Source: an uncultured Alphaproteobacteria bacterium (lineage in GTDB: Bacteria; Pseudomonadota; Alphaproteobacteria; Rhizobiales; Afifellaceae). Taken from it: a stretch of DNA of 64,000 nucleotides. Positions 1 through 9,534 of this stretch are shown piece after piece. Under the pieces are notes generated by a model, which saw only the letters and a list, made by a program, of their open reading frames with translations, did not search any database and was not told where the DNA came from. Each line of letters begins with the position of its first letter. The first letter of the stretch is position 1. Position numbers and translations under genes: made by a program. The stretch covers positions 31,666-95,665 of the forward strand of contig CAVXFK010000002.1 of the NCBI GenBank assembly GCA_963761005.1, given 5' to 3'.

Positions 1-1
1 C

Positions 2-1642
2 GTCGGACCGGACGGCGCCGGAAAGACCACGCTGATCCGGCTTGTCGGCGGCCTCATGCCAGCGGATTCCGGCAAGCTCGAAGTCCTAGGCTTCGACGTC
101 GGAAGCAACCCGCAGGCGGTGCAGGACCGGGTCGGCTATATGCCGCAGAGGTTCGGCCTCTACGAGGATCTGAGCGTTCAGGAGAACCTCGACCTTTATG
201 CCGACCTGCACGGCGTCTCCGTCGCCGAGCGGAAGCAGCGCTATCCGCGTCTCATGGAGATGACCGGGCTCGGGCCGTTCATCCTACGACTGGCCGGGCG
301 GCTCTCGGGCGGCATGAAGCAGAAGCTCGGCCTTGCCTGTACGCTCGTCCGCGTGCCCGAGCTCCTGCTCCTCGACGAGCCGACGGTCGGCGTCGATCCG
401 CTGTCGCGGCGCGAGCTCTGGGATATCGTCCGGCAGCTTGTAGACGAAGGCCTGAGCGTTCTCCTCAGCACCTCCTATCTCGACGAGGCGGAGCGCTGCG
501 CCAATGTCGTCGTGCTGCACGAAGGGAGGCTCCTGGCGAGCGGCGATCCCTCCGAGGTCAGCCGGAAGGCGAGTGGAAGAAGCTTCGTCGCCACGCCGCC
601 GCCCGGCGAGCCGGCGCGCATGCTGCAGGTGCGGCTCCTCGATGAGCCGGAGATCGTCGATGCGGTACCGCAGGCCGGCGAGGTGCGCTTCGTGCGCGCC
701 GCGGAAAATGGATCGGGACAGCCGGAGCCCGAGCTTGCCGGCCTCAAGGTCACGCCGGTCAAGCCGCGCTTCGAAGACGGCTTCATGATGCTCCTGCACG
801 GATCGGCCGTTCCGGCGCCGGCGACCGCTTTGCCGGCGCGCGCCCGGACCGACGGGCTGCGCGACGGGGACATCGTCGTTCAGGTGCGCGATCTCGTGCG
901 CAAGTTCGGGCAGTTCACGGCCGTCGACCATGTGAGTTTCGGGGTCAAGCGGCGGGAGATATTCGGCCTGCTCGGCCCCAACGGTGCAGGCAAGACGACG
1001 ACGTTCCGCATGCTTTGCGGGCTCCTCCCGGCTACGAGCGGCACGCTCCAGGTTGCCGGTCTGGATCTGCGCACCGCGCGCGCCTCGGCGCGCCAGCGGA
1101 TCGGATATGTGGCGCAGAAGTTCTCGCTCTACGGTCAGCTGACCGTCACCGAGAACCTCGACTTCTTCGCCAGCGCCTACGGCCTCCGCGGCCGGCGTCG
1201 GCGAGATCGTCTTGATTGGGCTATTGGGGAGTTCGAGCTCTCCTCGCTCGCCAAGCTTCCGAGCGGGCAGCTTCCCGGAGGCTACAAGCAGCGACTGGCG
1301 ATGGCTGCCGCTTTGATGCACGAGCCGGAGATTCTCTTTCTCGACGAGCCGACGAGCGGCGCCGATCCGCTGGCGCGGCGCGATTTCTGGCGGCGCATCA
1401 CCATGCTCTCGGGCGCGGGCGTCACGATCATCGTCACCACGCACTTTATGGAGGAAGCGGAATATTGCGACCGCGCGGTGATCCAGGACGCCGGCCGGAT
1501 TCTCGCGCAGGGTACGCCGGCCGAACTCCGCGCGCATGCCGAAGTCACCGATCGTGAGCCGACGATGGAGGACGCCTTCATCGCCATCGTCGACCAGGCG
1601 CGGCAAGAGGTCGAGGCGAAGGCCTCGCGGAGCGCGGCATGA
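2..1642 (+). CDS. ABC transporter ATP-binding protein with tandem nucleotide-binding domains (YbhF-like); 5' end cut by window edge
   Basis: The frame is open from nt 2, with Walker A (GPDGAGKTT) at the window edge. Second Walker A is GPNGAGKTT. Signatures are LSGGMKQK and LPGGYKQR. Walker B motifs are LLLLDEP and ILFLDEP. ATGA overlap with the next gene. Confidence 0.93.
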   Translation, partial: VGPDGAGKTTLIRLVGGLMPADSGKLEVLGFDVGSNPQAVQDRVGYMPQRFGLYEDLSVQENLDLYADLHGVSVAERKQRYPRLMEMTGLGPFILRLAGRLSGGMKQKLGLACTLVRVPELLLLDEPTVGVDPLSRRELWDIVRQLVDEGLSVLLSTSYLDEAERCANVVVLHEGRLLASGDPSEVSRKASGRSFVATPPPGEPARMLQVRLLDEPEIVDAVPQAGEVRFVRAAENGSGQPEPELAGLKVTPVKPRFEDGFMMLLHGSAVPAPATALPARARTDGLRDGDIVVQVRDLVRKFGQFTAVDHVSFGVKRREIFGLLGPNGAGKTTTFRMLCGLLPATSGTLQVAGLDLRTARASARQRIGYVAQKFSLYGQLTVTENLDFFASAYGLRGRRRRDRLDWAIGEFELSSLAKLPSGQLPGGYKQRLAMAAALMHEPEILFLDEPTSGADPLARRDFWRRITMLSGAGVTIIVTTHFMEEAEYCDRAVIQDAGRILAQGTPAELRAHAEVTDREPTMEDAFIAIVDQARQEVEAKASRSAA

Positions 1643-2787
1643 GCATGGGCGGCTCCCCGGACCGTCATTTTGGGAAGGCGCGCAGGATACGCGCGCTGAT
1701 CCTCAAGGAGAGCCGGCAGATCGTCCGGGACCCGAGCAGCATCGCGATCGCCGTCGTCATGCCCGCGATCCTCATCCTGCTGTTCGGCTTCGCCCTCTCG
1801 CTCGACGTGAAGAACGTGCCGATCGCGATTGTGCTCGAGGATCCGTCGCTTTCGGCCCGTGACGTAGCGTCGGGCTTTCAGCTGTCACGCTATTTCGAGC
1901 CACGCCTTGTGACCTCGATGCCGCGCGCGGAGCAGCTGATGCAGAACGGCGATGTCGACGGCATCGTCCGCATCCGCTCCGATTTTGCCAGTCGGCTGAA
2001 GCGCGGCGATGGCGAGGTGCAGGTCATTGTGCATGGCACCGACGCCAACACAGCCCGCATCATTCAGTCCTATGCCCAAGGTGTGGTGGGGCAATGGAGC
2101 CTGCGGCAGATGGCCGAGGGCCGGCGGGTGACGGGCATCGGACCGGTGAACCTGCAAAGCCGGGTGTGGTTCAACGAGGCCGGCGAGAGCAGCTACTTCC
2201 TTGTTCCCGGCCTGATCGTGCTGATCATGACGCTGATCGGGGCGCTTCTGACGGCGCTTGTGGTTGCGCGCGAATGGGAGCGCGGGACGCTCGAGGCGCT
2301 CTTCGTCACTCCGGTGCATGCCGACGAGATCCTGCTCGGCAAGGTCGTTCCCTATTTCGGCCTGGGGCTGGTGGGCTTCGCGCTGACCGTGATCGCCGCG
2401 CAATATCTCTTCGCGGTGCCGCTGCGCGGCTCGTTGATCGTGCTGACGATCGTCTCGATGCTCTATCTCCTGGTCGCGCTCGGCATCGGCCTCGTCGCAT
2501 CGTCGGTGACGAAGAGCCAGTTCGTCGCCAGCCAGGTGGCGCTCATCTCCACGCTGCTGCCGGCGATGATGCTCTCCGGCTTCCTGTTCGACATCAGGAG
2601 CATGCCGATCGCGCTGCAGTACATCACCTATGCGCTGCCGGCTCGCTACTTCGTCACCCTGTTGCAGACGATTTTCCTCGCCGGCGACATCTGGAGCATC
2701 ATCCTGCCGAACGGCGCGATGCTTGCCGCGATGGCGGTGCTGCTGATGGCCGTCGCGCGCGCGGCGACACGGAAGCGGCTCGTCTGA
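1639..2787 (+). CDS. ABC-2 type transporter permease (YbhS-like)
   Basis: 382-aa multi-TM protein. N-terminus reads RALILKESRQIVRDPSSIAI, typical of ABC-2 permeases. Start overlaps the ATPase stop. Confidence 0.85.
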   Translation: MSMGGSPDRHFGKARRIRALILKESRQIVRDPSSIAIAVVMPAILILLFGFALSLDVKNVPIAIVLEDPSLSARDVASGFQLSRYFEPRLVTSMPRAEQLMQNGDVDGIVRIRSDFASRLKRGDGEVQVIVHGTDANTARIIQSYAQGVVGQWSLRQMAEGRRVTGIGPVNLQSRVWFNEAGESSYFLVPGLIVLIMTLIGALLTALVVAREWERGTLEALFVTPVHADEILLGKVVPYFGLGLVGFALTVIAAQYLFAVPLRGSLIVLTIVSMLYLLVALGIGLVASSVTKSQFVASQVALISTLLPAMMLSGFLFDIRSMPIALQYITYALPARYFVTLLQTIFLAGDIWSIILPNGAMLAAMAVLLMAVARAATRKRLV

Positions 2788-2795
2788 AGCGCGCC

Positions 2796-3914
2796 ATGCA
2801 GGAAACGCTGCTCCGCATCCTCGCGCTGATCCGCAAGGAACTGCTCGCGATCCTCAAGGATCCGCGGAGCCGCGTAGTGTTGATCGTGCCGCCGATCTTT
2901 CAGACGCTGATGTTCGGCTACGCGGCGACCTTCGACCTGAACCGGGTGCCCTATGCGGTGCTTGATCAGGATCGCAGCGCCGCTTCGTCGACGCTGCTTG
3001 CCGGGCTCGACGGATCGCACGCCTTCGTCCGCGTCGCCAATCTCGACCGCGCGGGGGACATCGCCAACACGATCGACAACCGCACCGCGCTCCTCGCCCT
3101 GCAAATCGGTCCCGATTTCGAGCGGCGCCTGCTCTTGGGTCAGCAGGCCGACGTGCAGGTCATCATCGACGGCCGCAACTCCAACACCGCCGGAACGGCG
3201 CTCGGTTATGTCACCGCGATCGTCAATGCATTCAATCTCGACTGGCAGCAGAAGCATGGCGGAAGCGGCCCGGCGGTGAGGGTCACGAGCCGCGCTTGGT
3301 ACAATGAAAATCTGGAGACGCGCTGGCACATGATCCCGGCGCTGATCGGCACAATCACCATGCTGCAGACGATGCTCCTGACTGCCTTGTCGGTGGCGCG
3401 CGAGCGCGAGGATGGAACCTTCGACCAACTCCTGGTCACGCCGCTTCGGCCATCCGAGATCATGATCGGCAAGGCGGTACCGTCGACGCTGGTGGGCCTG
3501 GTCCAGGCGACGCTCATCCTGCTTGTCGCCCAGCTCTGGTTCCGGATACCGTTCGTCGGCTCCTTCTTCACGCTTTATGCCGGGCTGATCCTGTTCATCG
3601 TCGCGTCGGTTGGCATCGGTCTGCTCGTCTCCTCGCTCGTCTCGACGATGCAGCAGGCGATGCTCTTTTCCTTCGTGATCCTCATGCCCTTCATCCTGCT
3701 TTCGGGCCTGGCGACACCCATTGGCAACATGCCCGCGATCTTCCAGTACCTGACGCTGATCAACCCGTTGCGCTACGCGATCGACATGACGCACCGGGTC
3801 TATCTGGAGGGGGCGACGATCGGGCAGCTTCTTCCGGTTCTATGGCCGCTCGCCCTCATTGCGGCGGTCACGCTGCCCATAGCGAGTTGGATGTTCCGCA
3901 ATCGGCTGGTGTGA
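2796..3914 (+). CDS. ABC-2 type transporter permease (YbhR-like)
   Basis: An internal ATG of the 2094-3914 ORF gives MQETLLRILALIRKELLAILKDPRSRVV, paralogous to the upstream permease. The upstream extension overlaps the previous gene and is Arg/Ala-rich junk. Confidence 0.85.
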   Translation: MQETLLRILALIRKELLAILKDPRSRVVLIVPPIFQTLMFGYAATFDLNRVPYAVLDQDRSAASSTLLAGLDGSHAFVRVANLDRAGDIANTIDNRTALLALQIGPDFERRLLLGQQADVQVIIDGRNSNTAGTALGYVTAIVNAFNLDWQQKHGGSGPAVRVTSRAWYNENLETRWHMIPALIGTITMLQTMLLTALSVAREREDGTFDQLLVTPLRPSEIMIGKAVPSTLVGLVQATLILLVAQLWFRIPFVGSFFTLYAGLILFIVASVGIGLLVSSLVSTMQQAMLFSFVILMPFILLSGLATPIGNMPAIFQYLTLINPLRYAIDMTHRVYLEGATIGQLLPVLWPLALIAAVTLPIASWMFRNRLV

Positions 3915-4184
3915 CAGGCGGCACTCCATGCCGGCGTGAATAGCAGGGATGCAGAGGTCGCGGCCGAGGGCGCGCAGGCGGCCTGAGGCGTCGTTCGATC
4001 GGCGCCGGGGCCGGCTTCCGCAGTGCCCAGAAACGTAGCTTTCATCATGGCGATAGAAGCGGCCGTATTTCAGCCGGCCGCCGGTGTTTAGTTGTCCTTG
4101 AGCGGCATCGTCGTCGCGCGTGTTAGTGTCCGCGCGGCGACGACACGGCTGACACTAAAAGCCACATTTGCCGGAGGAGGATTC

Positions 4185-4493
4185 ATGTCCGGGATTCAGA
4201 TGAAAGTCTGGCCGCGTGCCGCGATGGCGGCGGCGATGGCGGCGTTGATCGGGGCGGCGCTGACGGCAAGCCAGGCGGAGGCCTATACCTGCAAGCCCGA
4301 AATTGTCCGCAGCGCGTCCGCCGTGCGCGAGGAAAATGCGCTCAGCATGGCGCGGAGCGCTTGGTCGGCTGCCGCGGGGAACCGCTACGGCGCGTCGTGG
4401 CAGGTGTGGGACCTCGCCGAGTTGAAGAGCCAGCACTGCACCGCTTCCGGCGGTACGTGGACGTGCAACGCCGCCGCGAAGCCGTGCCACTAG
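4185..4493 (+). CDS. Small secreted hypothetical protein with four Cys
   Basis: ATG is preceded by GGAGGAGG. Signal peptide AAMAALIGAALTASQAEA. The mature ~70 aa carry 4 Cys. No family recognised. Confidence 0.6.
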   Translation: MSGIQMKVWPRAAMAAAMAALIGAALTASQAEAYTCKPEIVRSASAVREENALSMARSAWSAAAGNRYGASWQVWDLAELKSQHCTASGGTWTCNAAAKPCH

Positions 4494-4626
4494 ATCACAG
4501 CCGCAAATCGTCGTGACCGGTCGCCGGCGAGTGGCCGGTCGGGCCGGGTGCTTGCGGCGTCAGTTGCTGAAATTCCGCAATCTCGACTCGACGCTGACGG
4601 GACGGAACATCGACGGAGGGAAGCTC

Positions 4627-5034
4627 ATGAAACGCATTGCTATGCTTGCGACGGCCTTGCAGATGATCGTCGGCATTTTGGTGGCGGGCGTGTCGCCGGC
4701 TTTGGCGCAGGACGGTTTTCAGGCATTGCTGGAATCCGACGTGTCCGCGGTCGAGGCCAAGCTGCAGCTCACAGGAGACGAGAAGAGCCAGGTCGACGCG
4801 ATCCTGCAGGACGGCGTCAAGCAGCGCCTGGCGGTTCTCGACAAGCTCGGCGTCACCTACCGAAAGAAGCCCTCGTTCGGAACGCTGCTGAAGCTCCGAT
4901 CGCAGATGGACGACATCCGCACGGAGCAGCAAACGGCGCTGGCCAAGATTCTCACGGAAAACCAGATGTTCGTCGTCGATCAGATGGCGACGGATTCTGA
5001 GCAGAAATTCCGCGCCGTACTACTCGGTTCGTGA
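4627..5034 (+). CDS. Periplasmic LTXXQ-motif (Spy/CpxP-like) protein
   Basis: Signal peptide MKRIAMLATALQMIVGILVAGVSPALA. Helical, with an LTENQ motif and an LTGDEK motif. Confidence 0.6.
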   Translation: MKRIAMLATALQMIVGILVAGVSPALAQDGFQALLESDVSAVEAKLQLTGDEKSQVDAILQDGVKQRLAVLDKLGVTYRKKPSFGTLLKLRSQMDDIRTEQQTALAKILTENQMFVVDQMATDSEQKFRAVLLGS

Positions 5035-5043
5035 GCGTTACAA

Positions 5044-5072
5044 GCGAAGGCGCCGACATGCGGCGCCTTCGC
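5044..5072. terminator. Perfect 12-bp GC-rich hairpin between convergent genes
   Basis: GCGAAGGCGCCG-acatg-CGGCGCCTTCGC lies between the 5034 stop (+) and the 5105 stop (-). No clear U-tract. Confidence 0.55.
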
Positions 5073-5104
5073 TCCCGGTCTCCGTTGTCAGTGCTGATCT
5101 GAGA

Positions 5105-5707
5105 TCAGCTGAATAGCCACCAGTTCCAGCCGCCGTCATTCGGGCAGTCGACGAATCCGCATTCCATGAAGGTGGTGAGCGTCTCGACGACGGCGAGCAC
5201 CGCCAAAATTCCAACCGCCGCGCCGGCCAGGCTCTTCAGCCGATCGGGCTCGCTCGTTGTCGTTTTGAACCTGAGCAGCTGCACGACACCCACAGCCAAG
5301 ATGACGATCGCGAAGAGGAGAGCGCCCCACGCATAGAGATGAAGGCCCATGACAGGCTGGCCAAACGGCGGGTTCGAAGTGGCCATCAAGGTGGGTAGGC
5401 CCGTCTTCGTGTCGAAGTACGGATCGATGTGCAAAAGCGACTGCCGGATCGATATGCCGATTCCAAACACCGCCGACACGAGACAAACGCCGTAGTGACG
5501 CAGATCGGGTCCGAGCATCACGTTCATCGCCGCGCCGAAGGCAACCGCCAGCATGGCGACCCGCTGCAGCTGACAAAGCGTGCAGGGAAGCTCGTGATAG
5601 GAAAACTGATAGACGTAGGCGCCGAGCAGGACACCGATCATGGCGAGCATGCCGACGAGATTGAGAACGCGCGCAAGATCGGGCGAAAGCCCCTCGTCGC
5701 GGCTCAT
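5105..5707 (-). CDS. Disulfide bond formation protein, DsbB family
   Basis: Four-TM protein with CTLCQ (CxxC) in the first loop and a second Cys pair, ECGFVDC. Start chosen at internal ATG 5707 (MSRDEGLSPD). Confidence 0.75.
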   Translation of the reverse strand: MSRDEGLSPDLARVLNLVGMLAMIGVLLGAYVYQFSYHELPCTLCQLQRVAMLAVAFGAAMNVMLGPDLRHYGVCLVSAVFGIGISIRQSLLHIDPYFDTKTGLPTLMATSNPPFGQPVMGLHLYAWGALLFAIVILAVGVVQLLRFKTTTSEPDRLKSLAGAAVGILAVLAVVETLTTFMECGFVDCPNDGGWNWWLFS

Positions 5708-6146
5708 AGCTGGATCCCCAGATTCGTGGAGAAATCGACGTCCTGTACGAAGATCACGATTCCAAGAATCAGAGCCGCCATCACCAGGGCCCACGCCCAG
5801 CGGACGCGCCGCCAAAGGAGAATGCTGGCTGCCGCAAGCAATCCGTATGTCACGGTCATCATCGGATCGTCCTCCGCCGCTGGAAGTGATTCCGAGTAAG
5901 ACGTTCATGGCGCTCACCGGGCCGGCATGTCAAACGCAACCGCGCCGTTGAATTTTCAGGGACACATAGAAGCTCAAAGATAAGTACTGAGCCGGTCACG
6001 CAAAGCGCAAGAACAAGCGGGATTGCGCTTGATGCCGAGCGAGCCGCGGCGGCTTTTCGGGCTTTGCCTGGCCCTTCTGAATCAAGTACCGTGACGGCGC
6101 CCACTTAAGGCGGATCGAGAGGGCGTGGAGGGGAGCCACAGCGCAG

Positions 6147-6542
6147 ATGATCAGGCAGGTTCCCCCCGATGCCGCCTTCATCCCCTGGCCCCTCGACGGC
6201 TACACATACTTGATGTTCGCCTTCTTGCTGGTGGCGATCGTCACGTTCTTCGCGATCGTCCTCTGGATCCTCGGGTTGCCGGGGAAGATCGCCATCCAGC
6301 GCCGGCATCCGCACGCCGAGACCGTCAAGATCATGGGGTGGGCGGGTGCTCTCGCGGTCGTGCCGTGGATTCACGCTTTCATCTGGGCGTTCCACGATTC
6401 GCTGACCATCGACATCCGCCGCTTTCCGAAGGAAGAAGAAAAGGCGATCGACGACGAAATCGCGCGGCTTACCGGCGGCGGCGGAGCCAAGGTCGAGGTC
6501 GATCGGCCGACAACTCTGCCTGACCCCCGCCCCGAGACCTGA
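6147..6542 (+). CDS. DUF3302 inner-membrane protein (YiaW-like)
   Basis: The TM segment followed by RRHPHAETVKIMGWAG...PWIHAFIW matches my recollection of E. coli YiaW (HPHAD..GW..W..W). Confidence 0.8.
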   Translation: MIRQVPPDAAFIPWPLDGYTYLMFAFLLVAIVTFFAIVLWILGLPGKIAIQRRHPHAETVKIMGWAGALAVVPWIHAFIWAFHDSLTIDIRRFPKEEEKAIDDEIARLTGGGGAKVEVDRPTTLPDPRPET

Positions 6543-6560
6543 CCGAGACGGGCCGACGCG

Positions 6561-7703
6561 ATGGGAATGGCAATCACCATTACGGTCATCTACGTCGCGG
6601 CCGTCTGGCTTGTCTTCTTCCGCTTCAAATGGCTGAAATTCAATTTCGTCTGGGGCGTGGTCTCGTTCTGGATCGGCTTCCACCTGCTGCTGATCTTCAT
6701 GATCGGCCTTCGATTCAACGCTCCCTACACGATCGATGCGCATCTGATCCGCAACACCATTCAGATCGTGCCTCGGCTTGAGGGGCCAACGCTCCTGAAG
6801 GAGGTGCTGGTCGAGGCAAATCAGCCGGTCAAGAAAGGCACGCCGCTCTACAAATTCGACACGACGATCTACGAGCAGAAGCTCGCCGCAGCCAAAGCCC
6901 AGCTCGCCGCCGCCGAGCAAAACACCAAGATCCTCGATACCGACGTCCAGGCGGCGCAGGATCAGCTTACCCAGGCACAGGCGCAGCTTGCCTACGCAAA
7001 ATCGCAGCAGAAGCGGTTCACCAACCTCTCCAGCCAGGGCGGCGCGCGCCAGGAGGATGTCGACAAGTGGAACGCCGAGGTGGAGGCGGATACGGCGGCA
7101 GCCTCCGCCGCGGAGGCCACGCTGCAGAAGGCGCAACTCGCCAAGGACAACAACATCGACGGCGTCAACACCAGCGTCGCCCAAGCGCGCGCGCAGGTGG
7201 CCGAGGCGCAGTACTACCTGGACCAGACCACCATCGTCGCGCCGACCGACGGCTACATCGTTTCGCAGCAGGCCTATCCCGGTCTCGTCGTCGGCGATTT
7301 CCGCGTCGGCGCCATTGCCGCCTTCATCACCGACAACCCGCCCTACATGCTCGGCGCCTTCTTCCAAGAACACATCAAGTTCGTGGAGCCGGGCCAACCG
7401 GTCGACATCGCGCTGGACATCGATCCAGGCAAGATTCTGACCGGCAAGGTGGAGGCGATCTGGTGGGCGACAGGCCAGGGCCAGTACGTCCCGTCCGGCA
7501 GGCTGCCGGACTTCATCCTCCCAAAGCTGCAAGGCAAGTTCGCGGTCCAAGTGGCGTTTGACGATCCCAATGCATTCCTGCCCGCCGGAGCGCACGGGGC
7601 GATCGCCATCTATCCCGGCCGAAGCGCCGCTTTCGAGTTGTTGCGGCGCATCAACATCCGCCTCTACAGCTGGGCGAATTTCATATTCCCGTTTGATCTC
7701 TGA
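6561..7703 (+). CDS. HlyD-family membrane fusion / periplasmic adaptor protein (YiaV-like)
   Basis: N-terminal TM segment, long coiled coil (AAAKAQLAAAEQ...), then TIVAPTDGYIVSQ barrel-sandwich motifs. Confidence 0.9.
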   Translation: MGMAITITVIYVAAVWLVFFRFKWLKFNFVWGVVSFWIGFHLLLIFMIGLRFNAPYTIDAHLIRNTIQIVPRLEGPTLLKEVLVEANQPVKKGTPLYKFDTTIYEQKLAAAKAQLAAAEQNTKILDTDVQAAQDQLTQAQAQLAYAKSQQKRFTNLSSQGGARQEDVDKWNAEVEADTAAASAAEATLQKAQLAKDNNIDGVNTSVAQARAQVAEAQYYLDQTTIVAPTDGYIVSQQAYPGLVVGDFRVGAIAAFITDNPPYMLGAFFQEHIKFVEPGQPVDIALDIDPGKILTGKVEAIWWATGQGQYVPSGRLPDFILPKLQGKFAVQVAFDDPNAFLPAGAHGAIAIYPGRSAAFELLRRINIRLYSWANFIFPFDL

Positions 7704-7795
7704 TTCGACGCAATGGGGGGCGACCTTAGCGAATGCGCGAGCGACAGCCACTGAAGCGCTGGCCTGAGGTGCGGAAGAAGGGACGAGGTCCGAGT

Positions 7796-9400
7796 ATGGC
7801 TGCCGGCTCGCTTGCTGCCGTCTGCCGCTACGCCTTGCCCGTTTTCGCGTCATCGTTCGTCGCCGGCTGCACGATGGTCGGGCCGGATTTCGTCACGCCG
7901 CTCGCGGCCGAGAAGGCCGGCTGGACCAGCGCCGGGAGCCCCGGCGTCAGCGCACGCAGCCAGCCGTCGATCGAATGGTGGAAGCGGCTTAACGATCCTG
8001 TCCTCGACAAGCTCGTCGATGTCGCCTTCGCGCAGAACCTGACACTCCAGATCGCCGCGGTGCGCATCTATCAGGCCCGAGCGCAACTCGGCATCGTTCT
8101 CGGCGACCGGTTTCCGCAAAGCCAGAAGGTCGGCGCCGGCTACAAGAAGGAATGGCTGTCGAAGGATGTCGGCGTCCTGAAGGAGATTTCCAAGATCGAT
8201 CCCTCCTTCGACCCGACGTTCGAGACGTGGTCGACCGGTTTCGACGCAAGCTGGGAGCTCGATCTCTGGGGCCAGGTGAGGCGCGGCATCCAGGCCGCGA
8301 CCGCCAACGTCGTTGTGCAGGTCGCCGACTACGACGATGTCCTCGTCACGCTCGTCGGCGACGTTGCGACCGCCTATGTCACGATCAGGGAACTGCAGGC
8401 GGAACTGGCTCTTGCCCAGGCGAACGTGACCACCCAGACCAAGAGCCTCCATCTCACCGAGGTGCGTTTCAAGAACGGGGTGACGACCGAGCTTGACGTC
8501 CAGGAAGCGACCGCCCTGCTCGACAACACGAAGGCCGAAATCCCTGCTTTGGAAGCAGATCTCGCCAAGGCGGAGAACGCGCTTGCGGTGCTTCTCGGCA
8601 TGCCGGCGGGCGACGTCGACGCGGCCGTTCGCCGGCCGCGAGCGATGCCCAATCCGCCCGCCAGGATCGGCGTCGGCATACCCGCCGACCTGCTTCGGCG
8701 CCGGCCGGACATTCGCGCCGCGGAGATGCGCGCGGCGGAGCAGTCCGCGCAGATCGGCGTCGCCCAAGCGGACCTCTATCCGCAGTTCGGCATCACAGGC
8801 TCAATCGGTTTGAAGGCGACCGACTTTCCCGACCTGTTCACGGGCGGCAGCCGCGCGGGCCTCTTCAATCCGGGGATATCCTGGAATTTCCTCAACTACG
8901 GCCGCATCCGCAACAATGTGCGCGTGCACGACGCCCGTTACCAGGAGGCGATCGTCAACTATCAGCAGACCGTGCTGAAGGCCTACAGCGAGGTTGAGGA
9001 CGCGCTTACGGCGTTCCTGAAGGCGAAAGAGCAGGCGGTGTATCTCGCACAGGCTTCCGCGGCAGCGGACAAGGCCGTCGGGATCGCGCTCGACCAGTAC
9101 GAACAGGGCACCGCCGACTATTCGCGCGTGCTCAACACGGAGACCGCTCTCCTTCACACGCAGCAGCGGCTCGCAGCAGTGCGCGCCGAGGTGCTGACGA
9201 ATTTGATCGCCGTCTACAAGGGACTGGGCGGTGGCTGGGAACCGGCGAATGCCGGACCGTTCATCTCAGACGCGAACCGGGAGGAGATGGCCAAGCGGAC
9301 CAAGTGGGGCCGGCTTCTTGATCCGGACGCGATCACGCCAACCGAGCGCTTGCTGAGGCCGACCTTGCCGACCGTCGACCCGGTGAATGCGACCCAGTAG
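7796..9400 (+). CDS. Efflux outer-membrane factor lipoprotein, NodT family
   Basis: Lipobox SFVAGC. WWKRLNDPVLDKLV motif. Two OEP repeats. Start taken at the ATG giving the lipoprotein signal. Confidence 0.9.
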   Translation: MAAGSLAAVCRYALPVFASSFVAGCTMVGPDFVTPLAAEKAGWTSAGSPGVSARSQPSIEWWKRLNDPVLDKLVDVAFAQNLTLQIAAVRIYQARAQLGIVLGDRFPQSQKVGAGYKKEWLSKDVGVLKEISKIDPSFDPTFETWSTGFDASWELDLWGQVRRGIQAATANVVVQVADYDDVLVTLVGDVATAYVTIRELQAELALAQANVTTQTKSLHLTEVRFKNGVTTELDVQEATALLDNTKAEIPALEADLAKAENALAVLLGMPAGDVDAAVRRPRAMPNPPARIGVGIPADLLRRRPDIRAAEMRAAEQSAQIGVAQADLYPQFGITGSIGLKATDFPDLFTGGSRAGLFNPGISWNFLNYGRIRNNVRVHDARYQEAIVNYQQTVLKAYSEVEDALTAFLKAKEQAVYLAQASAAADKAVGIALDQYEQGTADYSRVLNTETALLHTQQRLAAVRAEVLTNLIAVYKGLGGGWEPANAGPFISDANREEMAKRTKWGRLLDPDAITPTERLLRPTLPTVDPVNATQ

Positions 9401-9534
9401 GCGTCGGCTACACCTCAGATACTCCGGAGTTAGCGCAAGAGGCCCTGCCGACGTCTGACATCGTGAGCCATTGATCTCGGGCGCCAAAGAACCGAGGCTG
9501 GAGCCGCAACGTCTCGCTCAGGCGGCAGCTCTCA

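Noticed and set aside
284-1606. 440-aa ORF on the minus strand opposite the YbhF-like ATPase. Similar long antisense ORFs lie at 2646-3794, 6105-7853, 22619-24190, 25242-26345, 43164-44768, 46092-47363, 47204-48793, 60017-60994 and 60697-61845.
   Set aside because: These are Arg/Ala/Gly/Pro-rich, have no recognisable motifs, and lie antisense to genes with strong family signatures. This is the typical stop-codon-poor antisense artefact of high-GC DNA.
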